The translations under genes were made by a program, and so were the position numbers. Under the pieces are notes generated by a model. That model saw only the letters and a program-made list of their open reading frames with translations, searched no databases and had not been told where the DNA came from. Positions 61,411 through 64,000 of a stretch of 64,000 nucleotides of DNA are shown one piece after another; position 1 is the first letter of the stretch; every line of letters begins with the position of its first letter. Source of the stretch: Octopus sinensis. Its lineage: Eukaryota. The DNA lies in the NCBI RefSeq assembly GCF_006345805.1, contig NC_043010.1:26474001-26538000 (forward strand), read 5' to 3'.

Positions 61411-64000
61411 GGGTGAGCTAGTTAAGAAGCTAGAAGAGGCAATTAGAAGCGGAATCGCATCCGACGTTTTGGCAGCGAGGTTGGCCCTCGACCAACACTT
61501 CAACGCCAAACACGAAGGGTGTGTTGTCAGAGCTAGGATGCGTGCTCTAAAAAACGAAGGTGTTGGAGCCACGAGAGAGGCCCGGGTGGCAGAGGCGCAA
61601 CAAGGCAACAAAGCCACTATTCGGTCTCTGGTAGATCAACAGGGACGCGAATTGCTCGAGCCAAGTAAAATGTGTGAGGCCTTTCAACAGTATTTTGTTT
61701 GACTGTTCGGGACGAGTGGTGGGCAAGAACGTAGGGTGGACTTCAGTGCCTACCTACACAGCCTACCACGACTCTCGACAAGAGAGGCAGGGCGCTGCGA
61801 AGGTGCCATCAAGGTGGCGGAAGTGCAGGACGCGATGGCAGAATGCTCGAGGGACAAATTGCCGGGTCTGGATGGCCTACCCTACGAGCTTTACAGTTGT
61901 ATGCCAGACTTGTTTGGAGACGACGTCTTGGCAGCGGTGTACTGCAACTGGCAGCAAAGCGGGAGCATTCCTGGTTTTGTGAGCCGAGGAGCCGTAACAC
62001 TGCTGAAGAAAGATCTAAACAAGGGGAATGTAATAGATAACTTTAGGCCCATCACTGCTTAATGCAGACTTGAAAATTTTGGCCAAGGTGTTAGCCAAGA
62101 GGTTGGCGCTTGTCATCGAGAAACTGGTCGCCAAGGCGCAAACATGCATCGTGCTGGGCCGGAGCATCCATGACAACCTCCACGTGATGCGCTTTATCAT
62201 AGACAGGGTAATTAAGAAACCTGGCATGGGTGGGGCGCTGATCAATTTGGATCAATCGAAAGCTTTCGATAGGGTAGACCATCAATACTTGGAGGCTGTC
62301 CTCAGAGCGGCTGGTTTCGGTCCTGTCTTCCGCAGCTGGATAGCCGCCTTGTACAGAGGCATCCGTTCGGTAATTCGGGTAAATGGACATCTATCGAGAC
62401 CTTTCGACATCGCACGTTCGGTCCATCAGGGATACCCTCTCTCGTCGCTTCTATACATATTGACTCTCGAGCCATTATTGCAGAAGCTGGCAACTCTGAG
62501 GGGCATCCCACGAGAACTGGGATGCGGGACGAGCGTGTCTGCATACGCGGACGACGTCACCATCATAGTGTCTAGCCACGAGCACATCAAGCAGGTCAGC
62601 GAGACACTAAAAAACTACGAAGCGGTGACAGGTCCCAACCCTACCATCACCAAACTAGAACGCATTCTCTTTCGCTTCTTGTGGAAAGGATGCGTCCCGA
62701 TGGTCAGGCGATCCATTTGCTGTCAACACCCGTTAAAAGGAGGACTGGGCATGCCGTGGTTGATGATGCGCAGACACGCACTGAGACTGCGACACCTCAG
62801 GCTCTACGTAGACGACGGTGAACAGGTGTGGTCGCCGTTTGTGAGGCACGCTTTCCCGCAACTCATCTCCATGACCAAACTGCAGTCGTGGATCAAAAAG
62901 AGGCCAAGGAAGGGTGAATGGCACCACGAGTGTCGCGTTGCTCTCAAGCAACTCTGCCATCCCGGGTCGACCTTGAGTGACTCCAACACAACCCAAGCAT
63001 TCTATAGGGGATTAGTGGAGGGGAGGTACGACGATGAGCTCAGGGCGAACCTGGACGTTGACGAGGAATACCTGACCAGCCTGTTTGGGATGACTTTCGG
63101 GCTAGGGCCCATGGACAACTTCCAGAGATCCCTGGTCTGGTAGTGTTACCGAGAAGCGGTACCCATTCGGGGTAAGCTCTACAGACACGGCTCGAGAAAC
63201 ATGGGGCCGACCTGCCCGAGATGCGGTCAGAGCGACGAAACCATTCTGCACACACTCGTGCAGTGTCCAACAATTTCCAACCTCTGGGCTTATGTCAAAC
63301 AACTGCTATCACGTGTGGGACGAGTCGGTTTATCAGCTGAGTCTATCATCAATATTGTCACGCCTCCTTCCTTCAAACGGGAAGGAAGAGCTTGTGGCTA
63401 TGGCGAAAGAATGTATCTGGTGGATGCGTCTGAAAGGATTGGAGACGAACACTTTCCTCTCTGGTCAATCTCTCATCAACTTCTTCAAGTATCACTTGAA
63501 AAGGAAAGTGAGAGTAGAGAGGCAAGTTTCGTCTAGCAAATGTTTTAAAAAAAGATGGGTGAATGTAGCAAGGATGGCACGTATGAATGACGAAGCCACC
63601 TTGAGCATAATCCTATGAACCCAGAAATTGAAAACAGAGAGTTACCCACTTGCAAACAAATGTGGTAACATGTAACAATATTGACTGAGGTTACCATGGT
63701 CTTTTCCGTAGGCTTTTCTTCCCACGGATAAACCTTATCTGCTTCCCCCTTTACACCATACATCATGACACTGTGATACACGATCCCTATTGATTGGGTT
63801 TTTTTCCCCCTTTTTCCTTTCTTTTTTTCTCCTTTTTTTCTTTTTTCTTTTCATTTTGTTTCTTTTCCCTTCTTTTCTTTTTTTCTTCTTTCCCTCTTAC
63901 AATACTTTTTGATCGAAAACCTACCCCACTTTTTTTTCTTATTTTTTCTCCAAAAAAAGAAAAGCTCTACTTTGTAATCTGTGCCGTCTGTGTGCAGCCC
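61411..64000 (+). mobile_element. Second L1/Tx1 LINE, 5'-truncated, with an in-frame internal deletion after YADD; 3' end runs off the window
   Basis: PGLDGLPYELY; LDQSKAFDRVDH; YADD; NYEAVTG joined directly to PNPTITKLE; CPRCGQSDETILH; window ends in CAGCCC, as near the 3' end of the 53353 copy. Confidence 0.95.

Overview
Eukaryotic, AT-rich, non-genic (intergenic or deep-intronic) window saturated with microsatellites and transposon relics. The SINE and repeat repertoire looks like a coleoid cephalopod (Octopus-like), but that is an inference from sequence style. No host protein-coding gene, rRNA, true tRNA or CRISPR array can be supported; nearly all listed ORFs are microsatellite translations or retroelement/transposase fragments. 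Recognisable elements: a decayed CR1/L2-group LINE, several RTE LINEs, two L1/Tx1 LINEs, R4/Dong-like, other R2-superfamily and HERO-like REL-endonuclease elements, two Penelope-like (GIY-YIG) relics, Tc1/mariner relics (DD37D, DD35E, mariner), piggyBac-type MITEs and at least three tRNA-type SINE families. Main discoveries: (1) about 20 type I hammerhead-ribozyme motifs with palindromic stem III from many unrelated repeat families, several intact and sitting in near-perfect 130-690 bp fold-back elements; (2) a tRNA-headed SINE carrying a hammerhead; (3) a set of microsatellite-embedded retroposons with LINE-SINE 3' tail sharing (Tx1 plus a SINE in (ATT)n, R4/Dong in (AAT)n, an R4-like family in (ACAT)n). 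All folds were read by eye and element boundaries are approximate.
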